In this document: positions 9,626-19,554 of the stretch, piece after piece
Position numbering within the stretch: position 1 is the first letter of the stretch
Layout: each line of letters begins with the position of its first letter
Assembly (NCBI GenBank): GCA_964549165.1
Contig: CAZJUH010000001.1
Coordinates: forward strand, 863 to 64,862
DNA length: 64,000 nucleotides
Direction: 5' to 3'
DNA from: an uncultured Gammaproteobacteria bacterium
Lineage (GTDB): Bacteria > Patescibacteriota > Microgenomatia > UBA12405
The notes under the pieces: generated by a model
Databases searched by the model: none
What the model was told of the DNA's origin: nothing
What the model saw: only the letters and a program-made list of their open reading frames with translations
Program-made: the position numbers and the translations under genes

Positions 9626-9653
9626 CCCCCCGAAATAACATCGGGGGGTTTTT
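9626..9653 (+). terminator. Rho-independent terminator after the fifth pilin paralog
   Basis: Stem CCCCCCGA, loop aataaca, stem TCGGGGGG, followed by TTTTT. Confidence 0.7.
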
Positions 9654-9669
9654 AAGTTATAATTAACTC

Positions 9670-10092
9670 ATGAAATCTATTTTCACTTTTTTTCTTTGTC
9701 TCGCCATAGCTTCTTGCATCGGCGTATCCATTCTGTCTTCTCCTGTTTTTGCCCAAACAACCAAGCCCTGGACTGGTCGCTGTGTCCAGACTTTCAACGT
9801 TAACGGAAAAATTATTGATGATGTTGCCACTATTCAGGGCTTTGAATGTCTTTTTTACAATGTTCTCCAGGTTATTGTCACCATCGCTGGTCTAGCTTTT
9901 CTCTTTATGTTTATCAGCGGTGGCTATAAATATCTCTTTAGCGGTAGTGAACCAAAGGCGGTCGCCGCCGCCTCTTCTGCCATCACCAGTGCTTTTATCG
10001 GTCTCATTGGTGTAATCGCTTCTTGGCTTATTATAAAATTAATTCAGGATTTCACCGGCATCAACGTTACCATATTTAAAATTCCCGGCTAA
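9670..10092 (+). CDS. TrbC/VirB2-like pilin-family paralog 6 (signal peptide, extra Cys-containing N-domain)
   Basis: 140 aa. Signal peptide, then FISGGYKYLFSGSEPKAVAAASSAITSAFIGLIGVIASWLII. Confidence 0.45.
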   Translation: MKSIFTFFLCLAIASCIGVSILSSPVFAQTTKPWTGRCVQTFNVNGKIIDDVATIQGFECLFYNVLQVIVTIAGLAFLFMFISGGYKYLFSGSEPKAVAAASSAITSAFIGLIGVIASWLIIKLIQDFTGINVTIFKIPG

Positions 10093-10095
10093 ATA

Positions 10096-11541
10096 GTGAA
10101 AAAAAATAGCTTATTATTATTCTTTTGTTTTTTCTTTTTATCTGTCACCCCTTCTCGTGCCTTCGATCTTCTCAATTTTCTTTTTCCCTCAGTTCAAATG
10201 GAGAACAGTACCCGCTCCGCTCCCGATCCTGCATTAGCGCCAGAAGTTCCGAGCAACAACACCTATTCCAATACCCTAAAAAACGACATCATTATCTGTA
10301 GTGGTAATGGCGCCGCTGGTAATAGTTGGTCAAAAGAGGACCACAAAACTACGGTAACTAAGGTAGATTCGAATGGCAATCCTTATACAGAAAATCTGTA
10401 TCTAGATTACAATGCCGAGAACCTAGGTGGAGAAATTGATTTAAAAAACCTATCTAACGAATATTATCGTAATTTTCAATCTTTTTTTGCTCGTGGCAGC
10501 ATTAAGTGTACCGAAGAAAAGGCAAAAAATAGTTTTCTTTCTCTTGAAATGAATGGCACCAGTGCTTCTCTACGTTCTTTGCCCACCAGCCAAATTAATT
10601 ATTATCGCAGTCTATTTTTAACTGAAGCCGCCCTGTCTCTAAATAACAGTGATCAATTAGATACCGTTACACAGGATTACCAAATCGCCTGGGACTGTCA
10701 GGGCACCTGTATCGAAATGTCTCAAGATAAATCAAAATTAGCTTCTTCCTGCCGTCCTGTCTATCTTAGTGAAATTATTTTCGGTCTCCAAAACGAAGCC
10801 CTTTATTACCGAAATCCCACCTCAGAACCAGAATCTTTTCCCTCGGCGCTCCTCACTCCAATTTTAAGCCATTATAGCGGTAGCTGTGGCACTTATGGTT
10901 GTTATTCAACCAGGTCTAAAGGCAAAAGTTTTGTTCCCCTTGCTAAAGAGGACTATCTTCTTTTTTACAAACAACTAAATTATATTCCCAAAGGAAACGT
11001 CAATAGTCGTGTTACCGTTACCAACTATAAAGGTTTTGATATTAACGGAGATCGTCCTATTGATCCCGTCGAGACAACCGATGATCGTACTTTACCAAAC
11101 GCCGCCGCTGCCTATTCTCCTCACTCCACCACCCTAAGTTTTGTTAATCCAAGCCTTCAAAAACCACTTGAAAATACCGATATGTGTCAAAACAGTGAGG
11201 TCAGCCATTTGACCTCTCGAGATAAGCCTGAATTTAATAATATTCCCACTTTCGTTGAGGGAATAATCGCATTTGTCGAAGCAGCTTTTGATTTTAGTAA
11301 AAGTGTCCCCATTCCCGTCAGTACCACCTACGATAAAAAAATTGTTGATAATGTGAAAGTAAGTGAACAAGCTTTTTTCAACATGATTCCTTCCGAATCT
11401 CTGGAAAAGAAAAAATTATTAGAAGAAAGTTTTTCCAGTAAAACTCCTTCTAACGACGATGCCAATGTTGTTGATCCTGGATACCGTTCTGATCTCCTTT
11501 ATCAAGAAATGCGTTCCCTGCTTCGCCCCTCATCTTGGTAA
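10096..11541 (+). CDS. Secreted Cys-containing protein of unknown function (T4SS-associated candidate: minor pilin or adhesin)
   Basis: 481 aa. Signal peptide (LLLFFCFFFLSVTPSRAFD) and no further TM helix. Sits between the pilin array and the polytopic membrane protein. Confidence 0.45.
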   Translation: MKKNSLLLFFCFFFLSVTPSRAFDLLNFLFPSVQMENSTRSAPDPALAPEVPSNNTYSNTLKNDIIICSGNGAAGNSWSKEDHKTTVTKVDSNGNPYTENLYLDYNAENLGGEIDLKNLSNEYYRNFQSFFARGSIKCTEEKAKNSFLSLEMNGTSASLRSLPTSQINYYRSLFLTEAALSLNNSDQLDTVTQDYQIAWDCQGTCIEMSQDKSKLASSCRPVYLSEIIFGLQNEALYYRNPTSEPESFPSALLTPILSHYSGSCGTYGCYSTRSKGKSFVPLAKEDYLLFYKQLNYIPKGNVNSRVTVTNYKGFDINGDRPIDPVETTDDRTLPNAAAAYSPHSTTLSFVNPSLQKPLENTDMCQNSEVSHLTSRDKPEFNNIPTFVEGIIAFVEAAFDFSKSVPIPVSTTYDKKIVDNVKVSEQAFFNMIPSESLEKKKLLEESFSSKTPSNDDANVVDPGYRSDLLYQEMRSLLRPSSW

Positions 11542-11560
11542 TATTTTGCTACAATAAATT

Positions 11561-13132
11561 ATGGCCAATAATTTTCTAAAGAAAATTTTATTTTTAACCC
11601 TCTTCTTTTCTTTGATAATCCTCCCCTCCAAGGCCTTTGCTCAAGAAGCCCCCACCACCTCAACTAATCTTTTTTCTCAAAAACAAAAGGCCATTAAAAA
11701 TAATACCGGTCTCGAATCCTGGACCAACGAAGCCATGAGCAGCAACATGGTTTCCCTCTTTGTTGGTATAAATGGCACCGTCCCCGAGGAAGTACTCAAT
11801 GACGAAGCCAACTTCGACACTACCTATGTTCCTGGAGGAGCTATAGGTCAACTCAATAATGCTATTGTTGCTCTTCATCAGCCACCGGCCTCAGGAATTG
11901 AATATCTTGCCCAAATGAAAGATGCTTTTCTTGGCAAACCTGCTTATGCCCAGAATGGCACTCTTCAAAAACTGCAGTTCATTTTACCCCTTTGGCGCAT
12001 CTTTAGAAATGTAGTTTACGTTCTTTCTACTATTATGTTTATTGTCATTGGGATGATGATTATGCTCCGAGTAAAAGTTAGTCCCCAAGCTGTCATTACC
12101 GTTCAAAGCGCTATTCCTCGAATTATTACCGTTTTGATTTTGGTTACTTTTTCTTATGCCATTGCCGGACTAGTCTTAGATCTTTGTAACTTTCTCCAGG
12201 CTATTACTATTTCTTTACTTTTTTCCGTCCAAAATAAAGGACTTTCCGAGCAATTGTTTGAAAATACAAATTGGTATTCTACCTTTCTTACCAATCTTGG
12301 AGAATGGATAAAAAATATTTTTAGAACAGATCCAGATTTCGGTTATTTATCGCTTGTCAACATGAACTCAAGAACTTTCAGAAACTTGTCTGCAAGAATC
12401 TCGCCAAATGTCGTTACGGGTAATTATTTAGGGGTATTCATTGGAAGAGTTACTGGTGTTGGTGCCCTACTGGGTGGTGTTGGTGGTGTCTTATTACCCT
12501 TATTAATTTCCATTATGAAATTCTTCTGGTTATTTAAATTGTTTTTTGGTTTACTAAAGTGCTACGCCACTTTGCTTTTAAAGATAATCCTTGCCCCTCT
12601 CGAAATTGCCATGGGAGCTTTTCCAAACTCTAAAATGAATTTTTCTTCTTGGATTACTGATTTTGCCGCCAATGCTCTTGTTTTCCCTGTGGTTGCCATA
12701 TTTTTAGTTATAGTCAACGTCATTATCGACGTTTTTATCGCTGGGACAAGGGGTACCAGCCAAGCATTTTGGATGCCCGGCTTAATCGACGCCACCAGTC
12801 TATTTAAAACTAATCAAGATCAAGCCTATGTTGCCATTGCCACTGGCCTCGGTCTCATCGCCCTCTCTCTTTTAAGTAAACTACCGGAAATGATCCCTGT
12901 TATGATTAAGGAAATGAAAGGTCCCGATTTTGGTAAAGCCATCGGCGAAAGTCTTAAGGGAATAGGTAACAATCCTGTCACTGGATTCGCCAAATCCATT
13001 GGCGGTGAAGCCCTTGAAAAAAGGTTTATTAATTCAGAATTTGGAAAAAGCCTAACTAAAGCGACAACTAGACCGGCTTCTGTAAAAAAAGGTACTGCAA
13101 CTGAACCCACCCAACCAACAACCAAACAGTAA
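11561..13132 (+). CDS. Polytopic membrane protein, VirB6/TrbL-like candidate
   Basis: 523 aa. Signal peptide, a ~100-aa exported segment, then at least 6 hydrophobic helices and a hydrophilic C-terminal tail. Position after the pilins is typical for VirB6. No specific motif was recognised. Confidence 0.4.
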   Translation: MANNFLKKILFLTLFFSLIILPSKAFAQEAPTTSTNLFSQKQKAIKNNTGLESWTNEAMSSNMVSLFVGINGTVPEEVLNDEANFDTTYVPGGAIGQLNNAIVALHQPPASGIEYLAQMKDAFLGKPAYAQNGTLQKLQFILPLWRIFRNVVYVLSTIMFIVIGMMIMLRVKVSPQAVITVQSAIPRIITVLILVTFSYAIAGLVLDLCNFLQAITISLLFSVQNKGLSEQLFENTNWYSTFLTNLGEWIKNIFRTDPDFGYLSLVNMNSRTFRNLSARISPNVVTGNYLGVFIGRVTGVGALLGGVGGVLLPLLISIMKFFWLFKLFFGLLKCYATLLLKIILAPLEIAMGAFPNSKMNFSSWITDFAANALVFPVVAIFLVIVNVIIDVFIAGTRGTSQAFWMPGLIDATSLFKTNQDQAYVAIATGLGLIALSLLSKLPEMIPVMIKEMKGPDFGKAIGESLKGIGNNPVTGFAKSIGGEALEKRFINSEFGKSLTKATTRPASVKKGTATEPTQPTTKQ

Positions 13133-13169
13133 CCCATAACATCTGACTTAACTCACGGTATTCACCTTG

Positions 13170-15656
13170 TTATTTTGTCACCGCTTTTATTACTTGTCTG
13201 GCTACCTCTGCCACAAAATCCTCTTCTTCTGTCTCCATCTCTCTCTTCAGAATCTTTCTTGAGGCAACTGCATCAGAAATACCCTTCTTATATGCCTCAT
13301 ATATATTATTCCACTGGCTTCTTTTCAAGAAACTAGCCTTTATCTCTACACCCTTGTCATCCCTCAACACCATCTCCCTTACCAAAATTGTTCCCAATTG
13401 CCTAAACTGTGTAACACTCATACCAAGTTCTGGACGTGACGCAGATAAATGAGCAATACCCTCAACCACAATTTCTCTTAATCTAAATTCTTTCCTATAT
13501 GCCAAAATCTTTTTCTCGACACTATAAGCCTTCATTGCCTTCTCATACGCGTCCATGGTCGCCCTTGAAGAATTTTTTGGTGGTCTGTCAGGTTTCACAG
13601 GCATTGACATAATTCCTGATCTTGACATGTCAACCGACCCGTCTTGGGACAACAAAACTATGTCTAATATCTCGTTTCCACTACTATCTCTCAACACTGG
13701 TCCAGGTATATCAATAGTAATAGCACTAGAACCGGATCCCAATACCTCTTTTCCGGGAGAAGACCCTCTTTTTGCATCTACAATCACACTTGGATACTTT
13801 GCAACTTTATTTATTTGATCATACAAGCCCTTCCAGAAAGGGTTAGACAAAACTGCTTTCAAATCAACACCCTCCTCCATTACCGTCTGTTGATATGGAA
13901 CCGTCTTTTTCATTAATATTGCCGTATAGTAATAATATTCACTACCTTTTGGTTCTCTCATTTTGTCAAAATCAATTTCCTTACAATGAATCGGACCAAT
14001 AGCATCCTCGTCACTAATTGCCCTCAACCAAGTTGGAGTCAAACTTACCAGTGATTTCATTGCTCTTCTCGAACCGATTGTTTTTCCTTTTGATTTACGA
14101 TCATATATATTTGCTTCAGTCAAAATCAACTCTGCCAAATCATTGTGGCCAGCAAAAGCTGCATTCATAGTTGCATCTTCACCCGTTGCCACAATCAGTT
14201 TATCTGCTAATTCAATACCCTTACTTAGCAAAGACTTATCACCGGCCATTTGCGACACTAAATATTTCCTAACAATCTGTTTACGAACATCATCTGAGTC
14301 ATATTGATAATTACTTTTTTCATTCCTAAAAAACATTGACCCCTCGTTTAACGAATCACTACTTACCTTACCAAATTTTTTTGAAAGATATTCCGTAGGA
14401 TCATCTATTCCGTTCTTTTCCCAAAAACTTGTATCCGCCAACAATTCATTTATAAAAGTTGCATTGCTTGGATTTAAGATATTATCCACTATTTTCTTAT
14501 AACTACCACCATAATTTATGTCCATTAATTCGTCCCAAAAATGTCCAACCTCCATCCCATTCGCCCCATCTCTCAAGAAAAAAGTCATATCGAACATCGA
14601 TAATTCCGACTTATCATCATACGCCCTCTGTAAGGCGTTTGGAATAGAACCCTGTATCTTTGAATCCATGAAACCACCTGCTCCATACATTAAAGGATAA
14701 AGATAATGTAAATGCAGTCTAGCGTTTATTTCACGCTTAACCTCAGGAGACACTATTTCACTTGAAGACAGGTTGATCAACATTGTACTTTCCCTTGAAA
14801 CCAACAAATCTCCAAATCTCAACCCAGAGTCTTCAATATAATCCAAAGCACCTCTAGCTATTTTCAACTGTGATTTCTCATCTTCCGGTATTACCACTCT
14901 TTCAGCGCTCTCTGCCAACTCTTTTGCTCCTCCAGCAATTGACGATAAATAAGTTATTAACATTTTTGCTTCTGATTTTGGTTTACTCTCCCAGTCGTCT
15001 TCTTCAGGCCATTCCCTTATTACCACCCTTACTATCTCCGCAACTTTTTGGCTGTAATAGGCTGGATCATTATCCCTTAAGTTTCCCCCCAATTCCATCT
15101 GAATCATATCCAACACATTAATCAATTTAGAATCGGTTACCCCCGAATCCAACAAACACTGACCTAAACCCCTTAGTTCTGTTTTTAGACCTAAAAAGTT
15201 ATCAACTTTATCCGCAGTAGTCTCCTTGTCCTTCATTAACTCTTTAAATGTTTTATCAACCTTAAAACCGTTTCCCCACATCGAACCAATAGCTACTCCG
15301 TCAACTAAATCTAAATACATTTGCCTCAATCTAAGGTATTCGGACCTAACCATCTCATTAGGAAACTCTCTTCCTAACTCATCTTTTGACATCTCAGGCC
15401 CGCCGGCTGTTCGCTTCAACTCCTCAAAATTTGTAAACTTGAAAAGATGGTCTGGAGAGGTTTCTGGAACAAATAAATCATTTACCAAGCTTCTCTTCTC
15501 ATCAACATCAACATTTGACACAATACCTCGCACCCCTTCAGATATCTTTAATGCCGCCGGAGTTGGATTTAATTCAGTATAATCAATCGGTCCCTTAAGC
15601 TCACGATTTTTATACAAAACAGCTTCTTTCAACACCACTCTCTCGTTCATGCCCAA
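13170..15656 (-). CDS. Large soluble hypothetical protein (828 aa), function unknown
   Basis: Long uninterrupted ORF with normal composition and no TM helix or P-loop. Divergent from the GC-rich gene at 15738. Confidence 0.5.
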   Translation of the reverse strand: MGMNERVVLKEAVLYKNRELKGPIDYTELNPTPAALKISEGVRGIVSNVDVDEKRSLVNDLFVPETSPDHLFKFTNFEELKRTAGGPEMSKDELGREFPNEMVRSEYLRLRQMYLDLVDGVAIGSMWGNGFKVDKTFKELMKDKETTADKVDNFLGLKTELRGLGQCLLDSGVTDSKLINVLDMIQMELGGNLRDNDPAYYSQKVAEIVRVVIREWPEEDDWESKPKSEAKMLITYLSSIAGGAKELAESAERVVIPEDEKSQLKIARGALDYIEDSGLRFGDLLVSRESTMLINLSSSEIVSPEVKREINARLHLHYLYPLMYGAGGFMDSKIQGSIPNALQRAYDDKSELSMFDMTFFLRDGANGMEVGHFWDELMDINYGGSYKKIVDNILNPSNATFINELLADTSFWEKNGIDDPTEYLSKKFGKVSSDSLNEGSMFFRNEKSNYQYDSDDVRKQIVRKYLVSQMAGDKSLLSKGIELADKLIVATGEDATMNAAFAGHNDLAELILTEANIYDRKSKGKTIGSRRAMKSLVSLTPTWLRAISDEDAIGPIHCKEIDFDKMREPKGSEYYYYTAILMKKTVPYQQTVMEEGVDLKAVLSNPFWKGLYDQINKVAKYPSVIVDAKRGSSPGKEVLGSGSSAITIDIPGPVLRDSSGNEILDIVLLSQDGSVDMSRSGIMSMPVKPDRPPKNSSRATMDAYEKAMKAYSVEKKILAYRKEFRLREIVVEGIAHLSASRPELGMSVTQFRQLGTILVREMVLRDDKGVEIKASFLKRSQWNNIYEAYKKGISDAVASRKILKREMETEEEDFVAEVARQVIKAVTK

Positions 15657-15737
15657 ATTATAACATCTCAGAACCTATAATCATACAATTTCATTGTATC
15701 CCTTGTTTATTTTTTCCTACCCATTGATAATTATCTA

Positions 15738-17381
15738 ATGTCCTCCATCGAATCTATCGATCTCCACGTCCGCACCTACCGCTCTGCCCTCAAGAGCAAT
15801 CTCGAAGTAACCATTCACTCTCTCACTGCTTCTTACCTAAAAATCGATTCAATTCTTCACCCTCTTGCCCGTGACCCCACCGCCATCGATCCCTCCGCCA
15901 TCGTCTATTCCCTCCTCCGTCTCCCCAAAATTATCGATCAATGCAAGCTCGTCATCATGGCCCAAAATCCCCAAGTTTTTATCGATTCCGGCTTTCCCGA
16001 TATCACTAAATGGAAAAAAGTCTCCACCACCGCCCGCCGCCGGACACGCTTTTTTGACCCAAAAACCGGCACTTGTGCCTCCTGCATCAGTTCCGTCACC
16101 GACGTTGACGACATCGTCAACCTTCTCATTGCCTATCAAATCGAATGGAACAAATTCCATCAAATCGTCATCGCCACCTACCCCGAATATCCTCTCTTCA
16201 AAAAGGCCCTCGACACCCCTGATTTTTTAAAATTAATTAAAGTTTTACCGGAGGATTGGCAAAATATAAAAACCGCTCTTGGCAAAAATTGGCGCCTTCG
16301 CCTCAAAAGAATCTATCATCGTCCCCAAAATTTTCGCCTCCGTCTTTTGGCCGGTTCCTGGATTGCCTACACCAAAACCACCCAACGTTGGTGGAAAAAC
16401 ATCGCTTTCAACGTCTCCGAAGATTTTCACCTTTCCCATCAGCACATCTATTTTGTCAGCAGCAACTCCCACTCCCTTCTCAATCTTATTACCGGTTTTG
16501 CCCTAAAATCCGAGAAAAAACTCCAAAAAATCGCCCCTAAAAATTGCAACGACCTTTGCCCCTACATCCCGCCCCAGGATCTTCTTTATTACCTCTCTAA
16601 ATTTTTTAACACCGATAAAAAATACCAAAGTGAATGGCAAAAAATCCAGGAACGTTTAGGTATTATTACCGTTCCCTCCGCCAATTATCTCGACATCAAT
16701 ACTCAAATTTTTCCTATCAAATCTTTTTCCAAATCAAAATTTCTCGACCCCCGTCTGAAAATTAGTAAACCTACCAAAATTGCCAAAAGTGACGCCTTAA
16801 TCTTCAATATCGACTACCCTCTCGGTTTTGCCGCTTATCACGTTCTCAGTGGAGTGTTGGAAAACGTCGCTTCCGTCAAAGGTGTCTACATTCTTGGCAA
16901 GGCTGCTGTTCTCAATTCCGAAGTCGGCGACCTTCAAGTTCCCCGTCTCATTTTCGATGAACATTCCAGTAATTCTTACTTTTTTAAAAATTGTTTCAAC
17001 ACCTCTTTCCCTTTTAATAATTCCCAGGGTTCCATTCTTACCAACCAAAAATCAGTCACCGTCTTTGGCACTTTTTTAGAAAATGAAGCCCTCCTAAAAA
17101 AATATTTTCAAAATAACCTCACCGTCATCGAAATGGAAAATGGTCCCTATTTATCTGCCATTTCCGAAGCCACGTACGATCAACAGGCTCCTCGCGGCAC
17201 CATGGTCGATCTAAATTCCGCACCTTTTGATATTGGCATCATCAACTATACCTCCGATACTCCCTATTCCAAGGCAAAAAATCTCGGTGCTGGTTCTCTC
17301 AATCTCGCCGGCGTCGAACCTGTTTATTTAGGCTCACTGGCCATTCTACAACGAATAATAAACTTAGAAGAGGAAAAATAG
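15738..17381 (+). CDS. Hypothetical protein with a C-terminal nucleoside-phosphorylase (PNP/UDP family)-like domain; compositionally atypical
   Basis: 547 aa. The first ~700 nt have visibly higher GC than the surroundings, which produces many spurious overlapping ORFs on both strands. The C-terminal ~200 aa (YPLGFAAYHVLSG...VKGVYILGKAAVLNSEVGDLQVPRLIFDEHS...VTVFGTFLENEALL...IEMENGPYL) resemble the phosphorylase/nucleosidase fold. Confidence 0.4.
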   Translation: MSSIESIDLHVRTYRSALKSNLEVTIHSLTASYLKIDSILHPLARDPTAIDPSAIVYSLLRLPKIIDQCKLVIMAQNPQVFIDSGFPDITKWKKVSTTARRRTRFFDPKTGTCASCISSVTDVDDIVNLLIAYQIEWNKFHQIVIATYPEYPLFKKALDTPDFLKLIKVLPEDWQNIKTALGKNWRLRLKRIYHRPQNFRLRLLAGSWIAYTKTTQRWWKNIAFNVSEDFHLSHQHIYFVSSNSHSLLNLITGFALKSEKKLQKIAPKNCNDLCPYIPPQDLLYYLSKFFNTDKKYQSEWQKIQERLGIITVPSANYLDINTQIFPIKSFSKSKFLDPRLKISKPTKIAKSDALIFNIDYPLGFAAYHVLSGVLENVASVKGVYILGKAAVLNSEVGDLQVPRLIFDEHSSNSYFFKNCFNTSFPFNNSQGSILTNQKSVTVFGTFLENEALLKKYFQNNLTVIEMENGPYLSAISEATYDQQAPRGTMVDLNSAPFDIGIINYTSDTPYSKAKNLGAGSLNLAGVEPVYLGSLAILQRIINLEEEK

Positions 17382-17474
17382 ATTTGCGAAGATATATATT
17401 TTTAGGAGCGGAAGATCTGAGCTTAATAGCGAAGGGTTGAGCACCGCAAAAATATATATCGAGCAATTTAAAAT

Positions 17475-19505
17475 CTATTTTTTCATCAGCTCCTCAAATT
17501 CCTTGTCATCAAGACTCTCTTTCTCAACTAGTACTTTCGCCAGTTCATCAAGTTTATTTCTGTTCTTCTTTAATAGTTCTTCTGCTCGAAGCAGTGCTGT
17601 ATTTACTAGCTTTTTAATTTCTTCATCAACCCTTCCTTGCATTCCATCAGAAATTTTACTCGGCTCCATCCAGGCTTTACCAAAATCATCAGTGTCAATT
17701 TGTGGTCCCCAGTTTATTGGTCCAAGCTCCGACATTCCCCACTCTACCACCATATTTCTAGCTATGTTAGTCACATGGTTGATGTCACTACTGGCACCAG
17801 TCGTAATGTCATTAAAAACCAGCGCCTCGGCCGCTCTCCCCCCCATCGCCATCGCCATTTGTTTAATCAGTCTTGATCTAGTTTCATGAACTCTGTCCAT
17901 CTTTGGTGGAATCAGGGTAAATCCAAGTGCCATTCCCCGTGAAACGATCGAAATCCGATGAACTGGATCAAGGTCCTCAGCAAAGTTTACAATCGCGTGT
18001 CCTGCCTCATGATAAGCCGTCATCAGTTTATCCTCCTCAGTTTGGTCTCGGCGTTTTTCTGAGCCCAGCTTTACTTTCAGAGCCGCTTCTTCAATGTCCA
18101 CCATTTCAATTTCTTTTTTATTTTCTCTAGCTGCCTTTATGGCTGCCTCATTAAGCATGTTTTCAAGATCTGCTCCTGAAAAACCCACCGTTCTCCTCGC
18201 TACCGTTGTCCAATCAACTCCCTTATTATCCTTCTGTTTTGTTTTCTTCCCCTCCTTGTCAAAGGAGGGGTTAGGGGTAGATTGGCCAGCAAAAGGCTTT
18301 CCCTGAGCATGAATTTTAATTATCTCTTCTCTATCCTTAAGATCAGGCATTTCCAGCATCACTCTTCTATCAAAGCGTCCAGGTCTAAGCAGGGCTGGAT
18401 CAAGTAGATCTCCCCGATTAGTAGCCGCGAGTACTACTACAGCTGTATTAGTTTCAAATCCATCCATTTCTACCAGTATTTGATTGAGTGTTTGTTCTCT
18501 TTCGCCGTGGCCTCCGTCCATCCCTCCTCTCATTCGCCCAATCGCATCAATTTCATCAATAAAAATAATGGCCTTACCCGCCTTTTTCGCCGTACCAAAA
18601 AGATCCCTCACTCGGCTCGCCCCCACCCCTACCAGCATTTCCATAAACTCTGATCCTGCCATGCTATAAAAGGGCACATTTGCCTCTCCTGCCACTGCCC
18701 TGGCGAGCAGTGTTTTACCAACTCCTGCCGGTCCCACAAGGAGTACTCCTCTTGGAGCCCTGGCTCCCATTTTGTGATATTTTTCGGGATGTTTCAAAAA
18801 ATCGACCACTTCTTCGAGGTCTCTTTTGGCTTCTTCAACCCCCGCCACGTCTTTAAAAGTAATATTTTGTTTTCCCTTGATAAAAAGCTTCGCTGTTGAT
18901 TTTCCAAAGCCAAACATCCCTCCCCCTTGAGCTCCACTTTGTCGATTAAAAAACCATAGAATAAACAAGATTGGTATCCCAATTCCGAGCAGTGTTCCCA
19001 AAATTTCCCCAATCGCTTTCCAGCCACTTCTATTTTCTACGGTAAAACTTACTGAGGTGATATCAATTCCTTCTTTTTGCATAATGTCCGACATTGACAC
19101 ATTACTTTCTTTTGATGCTACCAGTATTTTTCCTTGTCTCGACGTAGCCTCTGGCGAAGTCGGATCTTTCATGGTTGCCAAAATTTCATTATCCATTACT
19201 GTCATTTCCTTTACCTCATTCTTTTTTATCGCCTCTATTACCGTTGATAGAGGAACTTTTGATACTTTGTCTCCTACAAGACCCGTGATCAGGGCCGAGC
19301 TAATTATGTAAAACAAAAGCAAGGTAACCAGTGTTTTCATTATCTGTCCCGGACCTATTTCAATTCTTTTTATCTTCACTCCTGGTGGCAGCTTATCTAT
19401 TATTTCCTTCGGAATTTCGCCTCGTCTCGCCGAAGCATTTTTTTGTGTAGGCGGATTTTCTTTTTTCTTAAATATTTTTTTTATTCTTTCCCACATGTCT
19501 TCCAT
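17475..19505 (-). CDS. ftsH: ATP-dependent zinc metalloprotease FtsH
   Basis: 676 aa. N-terminal TM helices, Walker [18 protein letters not shown], second region of homology, HEAGHAIV zinc site. A GC-rich hairpin element inserts ~14 aa ([14 protein letters not shown]) in the AAA lid region. Confidence 0.9.
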   Translation of the reverse strand: MEDMWERIKKIFKKKENPPTQKNASARRGEIPKEIIDKLPPGVKIKRIEIGPGQIMKTLVTLLLFYIISSALITGLVGDKVSKVPLSTVIEAIKKNEVKEMTVMDNEILATMKDPTSPEATSRQGKILVASKESNVSMSDIMQKEGIDITSVSFTVENRSGWKAIGEILGTLLGIGIPILFILWFFNRQSGAQGGGMFGFGKSTAKLFIKGKQNITFKDVAGVEEAKRDLEEVVDFLKHPEKYHKMGARAPRGVLLVGPAGVGKTLLARAVAGEANVPFYSMAGSEFMEMLVGVGASRVRDLFGTAKKAGKAIIFIDEIDAIGRMRGGMDGGHGEREQTLNQILVEMDGFETNTAVVVLAATNRGDLLDPALLRPGRFDRRVMLEMPDLKDREEIIKIHAQGKPFAGQSTPNPSFDKEGKKTKQKDNKGVDWTTVARRTVGFSGADLENMLNEAAIKAARENKKEIEMVDIEEAALKVKLGSEKRRDQTEEDKLMTAYHEAGHAIVNFAEDLDPVHRISIVSRGMALGFTLIPPKMDRVHETRSRLIKQMAMAMGGRAAEALVFNDITTGASSDINHVTNIARNMVVEWGMSELGPINWGPQIDTDDFGKAWMEPSKISDGMQGRVDEEIKKLVNTALLRAEELLKKNRNKLDELAKVLVEKESLDDKEFEELMKK
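18247..18285. repeat. GC-rich hairpin element, in-frame copy in ftsH
   Basis: CCCCTCCTTGTCAAAGGAGGGGTTAGGGGTAG. Other copies: 4046-4095, 5375-5410, 36829-36868 (diverged), 40674-40715, 46938-46972, 47044-47094, 48234-48270, 50657-50692. Confidence 0.8.
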
Positions 19506-19554
19506 TATATCATCGTAAAGCTTCTCTTTTTTAGACTTTAGGCTTTAGATTTTT

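Noticed and set aside
13170-15656. 828-aa protein as a conjugative relaxase (contains LHLHY, reminiscent of an HUH motif)
   Set aside because: One tripeptide is insufficient. No N-terminal catalytic Tyr context or other relaxase motifs were recognised. Left as hypothetical.
15849-16540. Multiple 60-120-aa ORFs on both strands overlapping the 547-aa gene
   Set aside because: They are an artefact of locally elevated GC, which leaves few stop codons. All overlap the long sense ORF. The Pro/Ser-rich translations are typical of antisense GC-rich frames.
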